Translations under genes and position numbers: made by a program
DNA from: Octopus sinensis
Taxonomy: Eukaryota
Direction of reading: 5' to 3'
Assembly (NCBI RefSeq): GCF_006345805.1
Contig: NC_043017.1
Location: forward strand, 15,872,001 to 15,936,000
DNA: 64,000 nucleotides
Notes under the pieces: model-generated
The model's database searches: none
Told to the model about the DNA's origin: nothing
What the model saw: only the letters and a program-made list of their open reading frames with translations
Part shown: in pieces, positions 12,465 to 25,880 of the stretch
Numbering within the stretch: the first letter of the stretch is position 1
Layout: every line of letters begins with the position of its first letter

Positions 12465-12906
12465 GTGTAAACCAGTTGAATAAATGAATTTCTTCATGAC
12501 TTGCTGGAAATAGCAGCCAAAATGTAGGGACCCTTTTAACAACCAGGGAAGGTATGCAAGTTGATAACAAAATGTGGGGTCTTTGTGTTTAATTCTCCCC
12601 ATTCATTTTTAGTCTTCAGGATTAAGGCATTTTTTTTGTAGAATGATTAACATTAGGAAAGACATCCAGCCATAGAAGCCATGCTGGAGCAGACACTGGG
12701 GCATGATACCTGTTGGATCCTCCTCTCAAGCCACCCGACCCCTGATAGCATGGAAGGCAGACGTTTAACCCTTTCGTTTCTGTCTGTTGAAATTCATTGC
12801 CTTTGTTTTTTAAAAGACCAATAGAATAAGTCGTGGGGTCAATTTGTTCAACTAAAGGTGGTGCTCCAGCATGGCCACAGTCAAATGACTGAAACATGAA
12901 TATTTC

Positions 12907-12999
12907 TATTAATATTTAGCAGAAGTGACAGAGTGACTCAAGGGACGAGAGTTTCGTGTGGAGGCACTTAGCAAATTAGGCTTCTGCTAAATATTAATA
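12907..12999. mobile_element. Small MITE-like element, 19-bp perfect TIR
   Basis: TATTAATATTTAGCAGAAG ... CTTCTGCTAAATATTAATA. Confidence 0.6.
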
Positions 13000-13281
13000 A
13001 AAGATCTCTCTGAAGCCCCTGAAAGAGGAAAAAGTCAAGTTGACCTCATTGGAATTTGAACTCAGAACATCCGAGAGCTGATATAGCCAATGCAAAGTTT
13101 TCTCTGCAACTCTAACAATTGTACCAGCTCACCTCTTGCAGTCCTTCTGCATATACTGTTGATGAACAAAGAAGATGGGATGGTCATGGAGGGGTTGTCA
13201 TTGATTATAGGTCTGGGGTTATTGGCTTGTAGAGATAGTTTGGGAAGAATCTGTGTGATTTGGGTGTATTGGAACTGTACA

Positions 13282-13445
13282 CACGCACACAGACATACAC
13301 ATACATATGAACACAGACATACACATACATATGAACACAGACATACACATACATATGAACACAGACACACACATACATATGAACACAGACATACACATAC
13401 ACACGCACACAGACACACACATACATATGAACACAGACATACATG
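13282..13445 (+). repeat. 24-bp minisatellite (ACACAGACATACACATACATATGA)x~6
   Basis: Directly visible tandem units. Confidence 0.9.
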
Positions 13446-15279
13446 CACAAATACATACACATGTTCATTCACTATTTGTAGTGTTTAGTATTGCTGCTGC
13501 TGCTGCTGCTCTGATTCAGCAGAACTATGATGAAAGACATTCCAGATGTGACCATCCAATCTTTTATACAGACAGTACATCTTTGAATATATTATCCAAA
13601 GTGACTTTCTTTATGAAGCTAGTCAGATGTGGTTTAAAAATCACGTGGCTTATTTCTAGCAGGACAGGTGACCATCCATCCATGACCATCACCAATAGGA
13701 CGTAGGTGGTCAGGCTCAATAGTCTCGAGACAGTTTCATCTATTTTCAAGTCAGTAAGGTGTAATTTGATTGTTATTTCTAGCAGATTGACCAACTGTGA
13801 AGAGTGTGTGTCAGTTGTTGATGATTGAAGTGAGAGATATGTAGGGAGGAAGAAGTGTTGTGAGAGAAGGATTGGACAAAAGGTGAAGCAGAGGGGGAGA
13901 AGCGGGTGTGCTACATGGAATTATGGGTAATGTGGATAGGAGCAATGAAATGGTACTTGAAAGAAAATGATGGTACATTGTGGTGTATATTTGTTGTTGA
14001 GACATTAGCCCCCTCCACCTGCACTCCACCCCCACCACACTCTACTCCATCTCCATAAACTCCACTCTACCTCACCTCACTCTATGTCACAACACTCTAC
14101 TCCATGGTCTTAACTACAAATGTAATATTATATTTGTGAAAGTACTTTCCGAAAGGCCTGCCTAGCTCATTGTTTTCAGTTCAAACTCCCATCAGGTGGA
14201 GCAGATTAAAGTGGTGCATCTTCTTACTAAACTACAATAAATGAGCATCTGTGCAGTCACTTGACTTGCCAGAAGTTGCAACCAGGGAATCAGAAAGTAT
14301 AACACTGCAAGTGCAAGGAGGAAGGTGACTGTGCTACATGGAATTCCTCCATCACGATCCTTTCAACAATACAAAGTTCAGACACATCTTGAATGTAAAC
14401 AATGATTATGTAATTATTCATACGTACAAGATGGGCTTCTTTCAGTTTCCTTACACCAAATTCCTTTGCGATTGATGGGAGGATCTTGTCCAAATATTTA
14501 CAACAAACAGGATGCAGTCTGCTAAAGACAATCAAGAACAACCAGTTGTTGCTGGTGGTGGTGGTGGTGTTAAACCAGACACCAGATTATGTCTACCAAC
14601 CACCCATCCAGCCGTCCATATTTGTATTTGAGTTTCCTTTTCAATTTTTCAATGGTGTTCAGAACATGTTTGTGTTGTCTACAGTTACAAAGTGATAAAA
14701 CTAGTTTAGTAAAATGACTTGAAGTATTTCTTGCTGATATTTCAGTGAAATTATCTGTTTCTAATGATTTCTATAGAGGCCGGCTAGAAACTAGAGCAGA
14801 GCAGATGACAATATGGCTACCAGGTACAGGTTTGCCTATTGTTGTTTGCGGCTTATTATAGATTACATTGAAACTATGTGATTACCACATTGAAGCTAGC
14901 TGGATTGCTAGGCAGATAATCAGCTGCGAAATTGGACATTGGACGTGACAGGACATGGTTATCTGGGAATATATTGAAACAATGACTGTGGATTGATTTA
15001 ATCTTTGTTTTTTAAACTTTAATCAAACTGCTGTTTAGATCAGGTTTCTGGAGGGAGCGGCGAGGGTGGGAGAGAAGTAACTTTGTGTTAATGTATTTCT
15101 CTGGTGGTATGTCAGATATATTTATTGGAAATAAAGATATGCTGATGTACGCAGGTAAGGACATAGGCATTGATACGTATATAGATGGGTGCGTATATAT
15201 ATACAGAGAGAGAGAGAGAGAGAGGTATATAGATAGGTAGGTGTCTTTCTCTATATAGTGATAGGTGTATGTATGTGCG

Positions 15280-15310
<31 letters not shown>

Positions 15311-16953
15311 ACAATGATATATAGGTTACATATATATATATGTGTGTACAATGATATATAGTCACACGGGCAAATAGATGAAAAGCTAGCCGGCAAGAAA
15401 AGCTGACAGGCAAACATAGACAGGCAGACTGTTGGACGTGTAGACAGAGAGATAGGCATTGAGATAAACTGATACGCCGACAGATAAACGACGACACAGA
15501 AATAGGCAGACAGAGAAGAAGACAGACAGACAGACAACTAGGTAAATAATTAAGTTATAATGTTAAGACATTTAATCCAAGAACCTTCAAGAAATAATTA
15601 TGTGCTGAAGAATAAACAATATTTGTCAATGATTCATATTATATAATTTCAATAAGTTCCAATAGGTAACACCAAGCATGTCTGGCTTTTAATTAACACT
15701 TAATTATTATTCTCTAAACTAATCTGGTTTTCTGTGTTAACTAAATTACATCTTTGTACCTTCAGTTAGTGAATTGTGAAATTGTTATAAATACAGAGCA
15801 TATAGGAGGCTGTGCTTTACTGATGAGGTTGCAACAAGAATGAAACACATCCAGAGTTATCTGTGCTTGATATATCAATTAAAGATAATATAAGGATATC
15901 TTAGGTAAAAAGGCAGTGAGCTGGCAAGATTGTTAGCATGTCAGACAAGATGCTAAGCAGTTCTGTATGTTCTGGTTTCAAATCCTGCTGATTTTGTCTT
16001 TCATCCTTTCAGGGTTGACAAAATAAGAATATCCATCAACTTGTCCCCTCCCCTCAAAAATTTCTGGCCTTGGACCCTGTAACGGACCAGTGTCCTGCTC
16101 AGGGGGAGATATTGCAATCTCAGTTACTTATACACTCATGGAGACTGGGCTTGGGGTAAAAGGTTGGAAATTTGGAATGGGGGAAGGGACCCCTGAACCC
16201 CTTCCCCTCACCTGATTTGGGTTAGTATTTTATTTTATTGACCTCAGAGGGGTGGCACACAGTAAACATCGGTGAGAATTGAACTGTTATGAGCTATTTT
16301 GTATCATTTTTCTAAATGCATGATTATTTAATGTTCCCAACTTGAAATACATTAACACTGACTTAACTATTGTTTCCATGTGGATGGAGACCCTGAGTAA
16401 TGTATAATGTACACTTATCACTTGGTCATAGATTAGTTCTGATTTATCCGAACTATGATTAAAGACATTCCATCCATGACCATCCAATGTTGCAGTTTGG
16501 AGCAGTGTCTTATCAGTGTCTTCTGCAATGGCTCCTATGGTGACCGATGCCTTCTGAAAGAAGCAGATGGTTGATATGATGATGATGATGATGGCTGGTT
16601 GGTGCAGAAACCAACCAGGAAAGGACAAAGAATTATTTTATGTAAAACCAAGAAATAACATCTTGGAAAGAATGTGAAAAATACTTTCAGTTTGACCTAC
16701 AAGGATCAATATATTTGATTGATTTATAAACAGGTTTACAAATTGGTTTCATTCGGAATTGGTTTCTTCAGATTGATGACTCTACTCTACCAGTATTGAG
16801 TTCTTCAATTGATTTGTGGCTGTTCTTTTTCCTTTGACCAACCAAATCCCAAGAAGTGTGTGTGTGTGTGTGTATGATTGATTGATTGATTGATTCTAGT
16901 TTCAGCTTATGAGCTGTGGCCATGCTGGGGCACCGCCATTGTATATATGTATG

Positions 16954-17013
<60 letters not shown>

Positions 17014-17066
17014 TAGATAGATAGAGAGAGAGGTTTTATTAAAACTGAAAAACTTAGCAAACTGTT

Positions 17067-17132
17067 GCTCTGGGTTTCATGTCATTGATCTTCTGACAAG
17101 GGTCTGAAGATCAACGACATGAAACTCTGAGC
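17067..17132. repeat. 66-nt hairpin, 31-bp arms
   Basis: GCTCTGGGTTTCATGTCATTGATCTTCTGAC-aagg-GTCTGAAGATCAACGACATGAAACTCTGAGC. Confidence 0.75.
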
Positions 17133-17496
17133 TTAAATAAAACTCAATATTAAACTCTACCTTTGGAGTACAAGTGACATATCCTGTACATCACTGTGTG
17201 ATTAGGTGCTGACATGTACGCACATATGCAGAAATATGTGTGCATAGATATGTATATATATATATATATACACACACACACAATTTACTTGCAGCTGAAT
17301 TTTGTTTTTAGAAGGTTTGCTTTGAGAGTTGCATTCCCTCAAGACTTTCATGTGTTGGCATTTATCAAAGTAGTTTCTAATCAAGAGGATTCCATTTATA
17401 TATTGGTGATAAAGATATTTCCCTGGACTGTTCCAGAACAAATCATAAAAAGCAATTACAAGGTCATGTGCATTATGCATATTTTACATATATGTA

Positions 17497-17551
<55 letters not shown>

Positions 17552-19422
17552 CAACAGAATGTTAGAATGCTAATCCTACATTCCAGAAGTAATGAGTTTG
17601 AAATCTGATGCAAACATAAGGTGAAAGTTAGATTGGGACCTGTCGAAGGTGGTGAAGGTGGTGCTCCTTGTCTTTATTGAGGAACAACGATGTAGGGGAA
17701 GGGAGCTGTGGTCCAAGGAAGAAATGGCTGTTGTCTGGAGTGGGTGGGTGAGAGGAGGAGATAATGGAATGAACTGTCCTCCTCCCCACTCACCCTAAAA
17801 CCTTAAGCCCCCCCCATTCCCCTCTACACCCCCCCACCGTCTTTAATCTTCAGCTCCTTAAGTGTAGTTAAGTGGATCTATAGAGGAGAGATGTGTGAAG
17901 ACATGCAGTTCTTGCTGTCACCATCATCATCACCATCACCACCACCATTGTCATCATCATCACCGTCACTATTTTACCATCACTACGGCTGTCATCATCA
18001 TCACCATCACCATCATCACCATCACTGTCATCATCATCATCATTGTCCTAATAAATATCGTTAGACAAAATCTTGCCTGAGACTCAAGATGCTGTTTAAC
18101 CCTTGGCCAACCATGATCAAACAGACTTATGATCATAGACATTCCAACCATGACCATTCAGTCTGTTTTACATGAAGAGGTTTTATGTGAGACTGTATAG
18201 GATTACAGCATCCTGTGTGTCCTTTCCTTTTTTTAACGACATTAGGATAGGATTTGAGGGAGAGCTGGCTGCTATGTCTTGCATGTCATGGGGTTACATA
18301 GAGGTCCCTCTGTCTTGTACTCTCTTGTAGGTTTAAGGGTCATTAGAAAGGGATTGCTGGGTTAGTTTTAATTATAGGGATCAAGCCAATGTATTTGACA
18401 GTGATCGTCATTATGATAATAGTTATGATAGGAGTTATGACAATATTTATGACAATGGCAGTGTGTATAACATTGACAGGAGTTATGACTGGCAAAATTT
18501 ATGATGGTAGTTATGACACAGACAGCAGCTATGGCACTAGTTCTGACAGCAATTATGATAGTCTTTATGATAGTGTTATGTTAAATATGTTGCTAAGACC
18601 ATCTGTATTGTTGGCTCCTCTTTCTGCTTGTAATGCTCTTCATAAAAATGTATCTTCACAGTATCAACTAGACATCAGATGCTGTTATACACTGCTAGTC
18701 ACAATGCACTTCCAGTTCCCTCTTAATTCCACCATTCTTTTCCTCTTGAACCCTTAATGAAATTGTCTCTCCATTGTCATTGAGGACTTCCAAGTAACCC
18801 TTTGCCAATCTCTAGGATATCACTCAGCAACTGCTCAAGTCCACCTTGGTGTCTGTGAACCTTGTGACATGTCTGGCCCAGTGGTTCTTGCACTTTTGGT
18901 ATTTTGTAACCACATCATTCAACCTGATCCATTCTTGGCTTATCCCATTTTTGAAAAATGCAATCTTAATCCTTTAGAATTCAGTCAAAAGTAATAATGT
19001 GAACATAACAAAAACAGGCTGAATATTCTGGCCAGATTTGGCTCAAGTGCTGAAAGGGTTACATAACACACACGCACACACGCACACGTGCAATTAGCAT
19101 GTTTAACATTTTGTTTGCTCAGACTTCAAAACACACAGAATTTAAAATTTCTGAAGTGAACATTGAGTGTCAAACACTGTTAAATAATTTTATTTACTCT
19201 GCTGGGGGAGGTGGTGGTGGCGACGGTGGTGGTGGTGGTGGTGGTAGTGGTGGCGACGGTGGTGGTGGTGGTGGTGGTGGTGGTGGCGATGGTGGTGGTG
19301 GTGGTGGTACTGGGGTTATTTCATGTGACTCAGGGAAAAACCCTTGTTGTCTTATACAATTCTTGGTAATTAATGCTCACACATCTATGTACATATGCAC
19401 ACACATATGCATGTATGTGCAT

Positions 19423-19471
<49 letters not shown>

Positions 19472-19570
19472 TGTATTTAAGTTTTGTTATTTCTGTTAAA
19501 CTGTCTTAATTGTCTAAAATTGCATCAAAAATAAATAGATCTAGTTTTTGGAGTGTTTTCTTAATGCATA

Positions 19571-19606
<36 letters not shown>

Positions 19607-20099
19607 CACATGTGCACACACACACGTTTCGCTAATTTATTTTTGGGGGATTGTTTCTTCATCATCATCATCATCATTAGTCTCCTGATTGTCCTTATTG
19701 TCATTATCGACTCCACCCTCATCATCATCATCATCATTATCGTCTTATTAACCACATCCTCATCATCACAATCATCCATCTCATAAATTCGTCATTGCCA
19801 TCGTCATTGTCATCACCACCACCACCATTATTTGTCATCATCATCATCTTCATTAACATCGTTATCATCATCATCACAATCATCAGCCTCATGCAGTTCG
19901 TCATTGCCACCACCACCACCACCATTTGTTGTCATTGTCTCCATCATCTTCATCGTCATCATCATCATCATCATCATCATTAGGCTACGCGGCACTGATG
20001 TGGTGTGAATTGGTGCCACTCCAGTTGTGTAGCTTTGGTCGTTTCGAATGACTTAATTGTTTCTTTATGGCTATAGTAGTTGTTGTGAATCTGTGATGT

Positions 20100-20345
20100 T
20101 CATGCATTTCTAAAAGTCATCAGTGGCTGGCCTGTGACTAAAAAAAAAAAAATTATTTCACCCCTAAATGAAAGTGGATCACCTTTACCTGAACGAGAAC
20201 CTCTCACTGGGACCACCATGATGGTCCTCGATGTAACCCTAACACAAAACCATCTCCCTGTTGTCTTCTTCCAATTTACAGGTGCATACTCCTCCTCCAC
20301 CCTCACTTTCCTGAAAAGTTGATGAGGGTTTGGTCAAAGATTAAG
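20100..20345 (-). mobile_element. Decayed copy of the same Tx1/L1-like 3' end
   Basis: LINF..RKVRVEEE motif on the minus strand. Confidence 0.45.
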
Positions 20346-21160
20346 GTGTCTGTCATTGATCCTTTCAGTTTAGGGCCCATAATAAGTTGTAACTTCTATA
20401 CTTAGAGAACCCGGGAGGTCATCCTGATAGGAATAGCCATCATACTAGGAAAAGTGCTAGCAACCAGGTGTTCAGGCCCATAACTTTATTGACCCCGAAA
20501 AGTTGAAAGGTAAAGTTGACCTTGGCAGAATTTGAACTCAGAATGTAACAGCAGACGAAATACCACTACACATTTTGCCTGACATGGTAACAATCCTGCC
20601 ATGATGATTTATTGGCCACAAGGTCGTATTTATAAAAATAGATATTATGAATGATAAAAGAAGGAAGGGTTTGGCCCTGGAGGTGGAAGCGTTGTTGACA
20701 TATTTTACCAAACAAGTCATGAAGATTAAACAGATTTAACGAGGTTAAGAAATTAACATGGGTGTGTCGTACTTTAGAAAAATAGGTTTGTCTCTTTGAT
20801 TGAACTGACTGTTTGATCATGAGTCATCGACTGGATCAGAGTTGACCTGGGGTTAATTAGCAAAAGCAACTGTGTTATTGTTGTTTTGATCAAAGGTTTA
20901 CTGGATCTGGATTCTCCTGGGGCTAAACAACAACAAAGTGTGTGAGGGTTTGATTAGCTCTGTCTTTTATCTCTCTGAGGTCAATTGCTGAGGGATCAGC
21001 TCATGCCCCTCCCCTCAAAATTGATGGCTTTGTGTCTCAATAAAAAGAAATTCTTATTTGTGTTTCCAGACATAAGGTTGTCTGTTAATAATAATAATAA
21101 TAATAATGGTAATGATGATAATGATGATAATGATGATAATGATGATGATGATGATCCTTT

Positions 21161-21370
21161 CTATTACAGGCACAAGGCCTGAAATTTGGGGGAGGGGGAC
21201 AGTTGATTACATCAACCCCAGTATGCAACTGGTACTTAATTTATTGACCCTGAAGGGATGAAAGGCAAAGTCGACCTCAGTGGAATTTGAACTCAGAACA
21301 TAGCAACAGGTGAAATACTGCTAAGCATTTCATCCAGCACACTAACAGTTCTGCCAGCTTGTCACCTTAA
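21161..21370 (-). mobile_element. SINE family B (partial second copy to ~21545)
   Basis: GGCACAAGGCCTGAAATTT...GAATTTGAACTCAGAAC...TCTGCCAGCT. Confidence 0.8.
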
Positions 21371-21564
21371 TAATAAAGATAGGCCCCTAAACCTGAAATT
21401 TGGTGGGAAGGGTCTTGTCGATTACATCAACCCCAGTGCTCAACTGTTACTTGTCGACCCCTGAAAGGGTGAAAGGCAAAGTTAGCTTTGGTGACAGATG
21501 GACAAACTATTACTAACCCTTTTGTCTTGTGTGTTAATGATTCTGCCAGCTCCCTACCGACAAC

Positions 21565-22000
21565 AATAATAATAATAATAATTTCTTTTATTGGGCCCAA
21601 GACATGGAGGACAATATCGAAGGATGAGTTACAACACAGAAACAAAAATTACAAAAATCCTGTGGGTTTAGCTTGAATGAAGGGGAGAGACTACCACATT
21701 AAAGGATATAACAGAGAATATATAATAGGGAGTTGAGAAATAAATAATAAACAGAATCCCCAATAGTTGGGGGCAGTCCACTTAGAGTAATCTGGGGTAA
21801 ACCCCACACAAAAATCCCAGATTCTTCTGCCATCTCCAAGGCATAGGAAAGTGTTGTCTTGCAGTTTCTTTCCTCCTGCTTAGAAAAGCAAACTCAGAGT
21901 CGGTCCATTCAGTCTGACCAGTCTGACCACTACCTTTTGATAAGAACCTCCCTCCCTACCCTCACCTTCCTTCTCAAATGATATTTGAAGAAGTTAATTA
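21565..22000 (-). mobile_element. Tx1/L1-like LINE 3' end
   Basis: FLINFFKYHLRRKVRVGREVL terminus, a 3' UTR, and AATAAAAGAA followed by an (ATT)n tail. Confidence 0.6.
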
Positions 22001-22717
22001 GGAATGTGTCTGTCTTCACACCTTTCGGATGGCTCCACCACACGGCCTCTTTTGCCACAGCCACAGTTGCTAGTAGAGTGGCTGTGGCAGCAATTTGGAT
22101 GGCAAAGAGAGGAGAAATCAATTATTTTGTCTCCAGTATTTTACTGGTACTGTATTTCATTGAGCAAAAAGGATGGAAATCAAAGTTCACCTCAGTATTG
22201 ATAGTGGTGATGATGGCGGCAGTGGTGGTGGTAATATGGCTAGTAATGGTGGTGGTGTTGATGCTAGCGGAGGTGGTGTAGTGGTTATAGTAGGTAGTGT
22301 GAGTGGTTGTGGTGATGATCCTAATGGTGGAGGAGGTTGTAGTGGTAGTAGAGTACATTAGGATGATGTCAGTGATGATGATGGTGGTGATGGTGGTAGG
22401 GATGTTTATGATGTCGATGATGATGATGATGGTGTAAAATAGATTCCCAATTCATTGATTTCTTTCAGTGAGTAAAGTCATTGATCTCTCTCGTGGACTA
22501 ATGTCTTGCTTCATCTTCTTTGAGTAGCTTAGCTACTGGCGGTGGAGGGCGAGGATGGAGAGAGAGAGAGAGGAGAGGATCATTGTACATTTGTGTGTGT
22601 GCGTGTGTGTATCGGTGTCTGCTTGTGTGTGTGGTGTGTGTGTACATATAAGTATACATACACACACATATATATATAATATATATATATAGATGCACAC
22701 ACACACACATATATATG

Positions 22718-22775
<58 letters not shown>

Positions 22776-23517
22776 TACGCACATACATATAAGTTATACA
22801 TACATATACAGTGTGTATATATATATATATTTATACATACATGCACGTGTGTATCTGTTCTTGTATACATATATATATGTATACATTTGTATATATATAT
22901 AAACACATATGCTTATATATATATACATATGTATGTATGTATGTATATACATATGTATGTATGCCCATCTCATCTTTCGTCTATATAAACTTACATCCAT
23001 ACTCGTACATGTACAATGATACTTATGCACAATTACCAATACATATTCACACGCATACATGCACTCTTCCACACACATGCGCACACTCACATACAAATAC
23101 ACTTTACGCACTCATGCAAATACCAACTTAAACATGCACACACACACCAACTGCAACAGTATATATATGTATATATATGTATGTATATATGTGTTTCTGG
23201 CATGATTGATTTGTCCGCCTCTGCCCACCCCCTTCCAGCTCATCATCTCTGTATAAACCTCTCACCCTGTTTATTTCCCCTTCTACTCTTCCTCGATGCT
23301 ACGCAGCCCCTCCGCATCCCCTGCCCTACCATGATGTCATAGAATCACTCTACACACAGCGCTAAAGTAGAATAGTACAAAACTGGTGGAACTGTTGCAA
23401 GAAAGCAGAGTCTCTTCTTCTCTCGTATCTATATTCATAGCTTTCTGATTATACTAATACATATACATATATATATATATCCTTATGATTATACTATATA
23501 CATACATATATATGCAT

Positions 23518-23555
<38 letters not shown>

Positions 23556-24042
23556 GTATTTAGATACAAACGCGTATTAGATATATATTGAACAACAGCT
23601 TTGTTTGGTCAGTCCTTCTGTTGACCATCAGTATCATGTTGATTGTGTGTGGTTAGCCAAACAACTGACCAAATAATGCTATTCACATAAATTAACATAC
23701 ATTAGACTCTACACACTGTTATTGAGTACTTTTATGTAAGAAAAACACATATAACAGCGTATCTCTCCCTGTCTTTCACAATATATATAAGTGTGTGTGT
23801 GTGTGTGTTTAATTAAATAATTAAGTGATCTGCTGTTGTAAAAAGCATCCGATATATTTAAGTCCTGTAGTATTATAGTATTATAAAGATTTGTGTTGGT
23901 CAATATGGTACAAGTTACAACGTGTTTCACCGTGGGGAAGCAGTTCAGCCGAGATACAGGGAAATAGGTAGCATTTAATCATTTAAATTGTAAATAATTT
24001 AAATGCTTCAATGTGTAGGTGTGTGTGTCCATATATATATAT

Positions 24043-24225
24043 CATCATCATCATCATTTAACGTCCATTTTCCATGCTAGCATGGGTTGGACAGTTTAAC
24101 CAGGGCTGGCACACTGGGAAGCTGCACCAGACTCCGGTCTGGTTTGGCATGGTTTCTACAGCTGGATGCCCTTCCTAACACCAATGACTCCGAGACTGTA
24201 GTGGGTGCTTTTAAGTGTCACTGCA
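24043..24225 (-). mobile_element. Family D RTE 3' end
   Basis: Same motifs in reverse orientation, beginning with (CAT)n. Confidence 0.7.
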
Positions 24226-24234
24226 CAGCTCTGT

Positions 24235-24235
24235 T

Positions 24236-24268
<33 letters not shown>

Positions 24269-24893
24269 TATATATATATATATTTCCTTAAGAGCAACCA
24301 TGAACCTCGCTGTCAGGTGAAAATATATATATATATTATATTTTTATTTGTTTTAATCATTTGACTGTGGCCATGCTGGAGCACCACCTTTAGCCAAGCA
24401 AATCGACCCTAGGACTTATTCTTTGTAAGCCTAGTACTTATTCTATCGGTCTCTTTTGCCAAACTGCTAAGTTATGGGGACGTAAACACACCAGCATCGG
24501 TTGTCTAGCAATGTTGTGGGGTGAGGACAAACACTGACGCACAAACATATACATACATACAAATATATATATATATGATGGGCTTCTTTCAGTTTCCGTG
24601 GCACCTTGCAGGATCATATGTATATATGTTGTGGAGTCGCAACAAAAAACTCTGATTCCTCCCTCGCCTATTGGCACCTCCGACTCTGACCCCTCTTTAT
24701 GTAATCAAGTGATTGTGGTCTACACATCCAATAAAGCATACGCTTGTACTTTGAGTAGGTCTACCTCTTATAAATGGTTTATATTAAAGAATAAAGATAC
24801 TGTGAGTCAGAGTCAGTAAAACCATACCGACTCTGACTCCAGCTACCCCTTAATAGTTTCCAACTCTGCTTGCGACTCCACAGACTGTGTGTA

Positions 24894-24931
<38 letters not shown>

Positions 24932-25544
24932 TATATATATATATATTTCCTTAGAGCAACCATGAACCTCGCTGTCAGGTGAAAATATATATATATATTA
25001 TATTTTTATTTGTTTTAATCATTTGACTGTGGCCATGCTGGAGCACCACCTTTAGCCAAGCAAATCGACCCTAGGACTATTCTTTGTAGCCTAGTACTTA
25101 TTCTATCGGTCTCTTTTGCCAAACTGCTAATTATGGGGACGTAACACACCAGCATCGGTTTGTCTAGCAATGTTGTGGGTGGGACAACACTGACGCACAA
25201 ACATATACATACATACAAATATATATATATGATGGGCTTCTTTCAGTTTCCGTGGCACCTTGCAGGATCATATGTATATATTTATGTGAGTCGCAACAAA
25301 AACTCTGATTCCTCCCTCGCCTATTGGCACCACTCCGACTCTGACCCCTCTTTATGTAATCAGTGATTGTGGTCTACACATCCAATAAAGCATACGCTTG
25401 TACTTTGAGTAGGTCTACCTCTTATAAATGGTTTTATATAAGAATAAAGATACTGTGAGTCAGAGTCAGTAAAACCATACCGACTCTGACTCCAGCTACC
25501 CCTTAATAGTTTCCTCCAACTCTGCTTGCGACTCCACAGACCTT

Positions 25545-25545
<1 letters not shown>
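24235..25545. repeat. ~660-bp tandem duplication (SINE A fragment + MITE), differing by small indels
   Basis: AGAGCAACCATGAACC at 24291 and 24953; the offset shrinks to 656 by the end through many 1-2-bp indels. Confidence 0.9.
24630..24882. mobile_element. MITE with 13-bp TIR and internal CGACTC(T/C)GACTC motifs (second copy ~25285-25540)
   Basis: TGTGGAGTCGCAA ... TTGCGACTCCACA, with repeated CGACTCTGAC / GAGTCAGAGTC subterminal motifs. Confidence 0.65.
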
Positions 25546-25580
<35 letters not shown>

Positions 25581-25584
25581 ATAA

Positions 25585-25880
25585 TACGGTAGTTAAGGCA
25601 TGTGACTTACTGTTTGGCTTTTTGACTCATGAGTCTGATTCTTGGTGGTGTTGTGTCCTTGAGCAAGATCCTTTATTTCATGTTGCTCCAGTCCACTCAG
25701 CTGGCAAAAATGAGTTGTACCAGTAATTCAAAGGGGCCGGCCTTGTTGCACTCTGTGTCACACTGAATCTCCCTCAGAACTATGTTAAGGGCACACGTGT
25801 CTGTGGAGTGCTCAGCCACTTGCATGTTAATTTCACGAGCTGACTGTTCCGTTGATCGGATCAACTGGAACACTCGTCAT
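25585..25880 (+). mobile_element. tRNA-derived SINE family C with CORE/V-like central domain
   Basis: GTGTCCTTGAGCAAGATCCTTTATTTCATGTTGCTCCAGTCCACTCAGCTGGCAAAAATGAGT. The domain name is assigned from memory. Confidence 0.7.

Noticed and set aside
15815-15870. CTGATGAGGTTGCAAC...GAAAC as a hammerhead
   Set aside because: Stems I and III cannot form.
19099-19509. Gly-rich 136-aa ORF
   Set aside because: It is a (GGT)n plus (CA)n microsatellite read-through.
23900-23955. Minus-strand GAAACACGTTGTA as a hammerhead stem III
   Set aside because: The CUGANGA core is degenerate and no stem I pairing is present.
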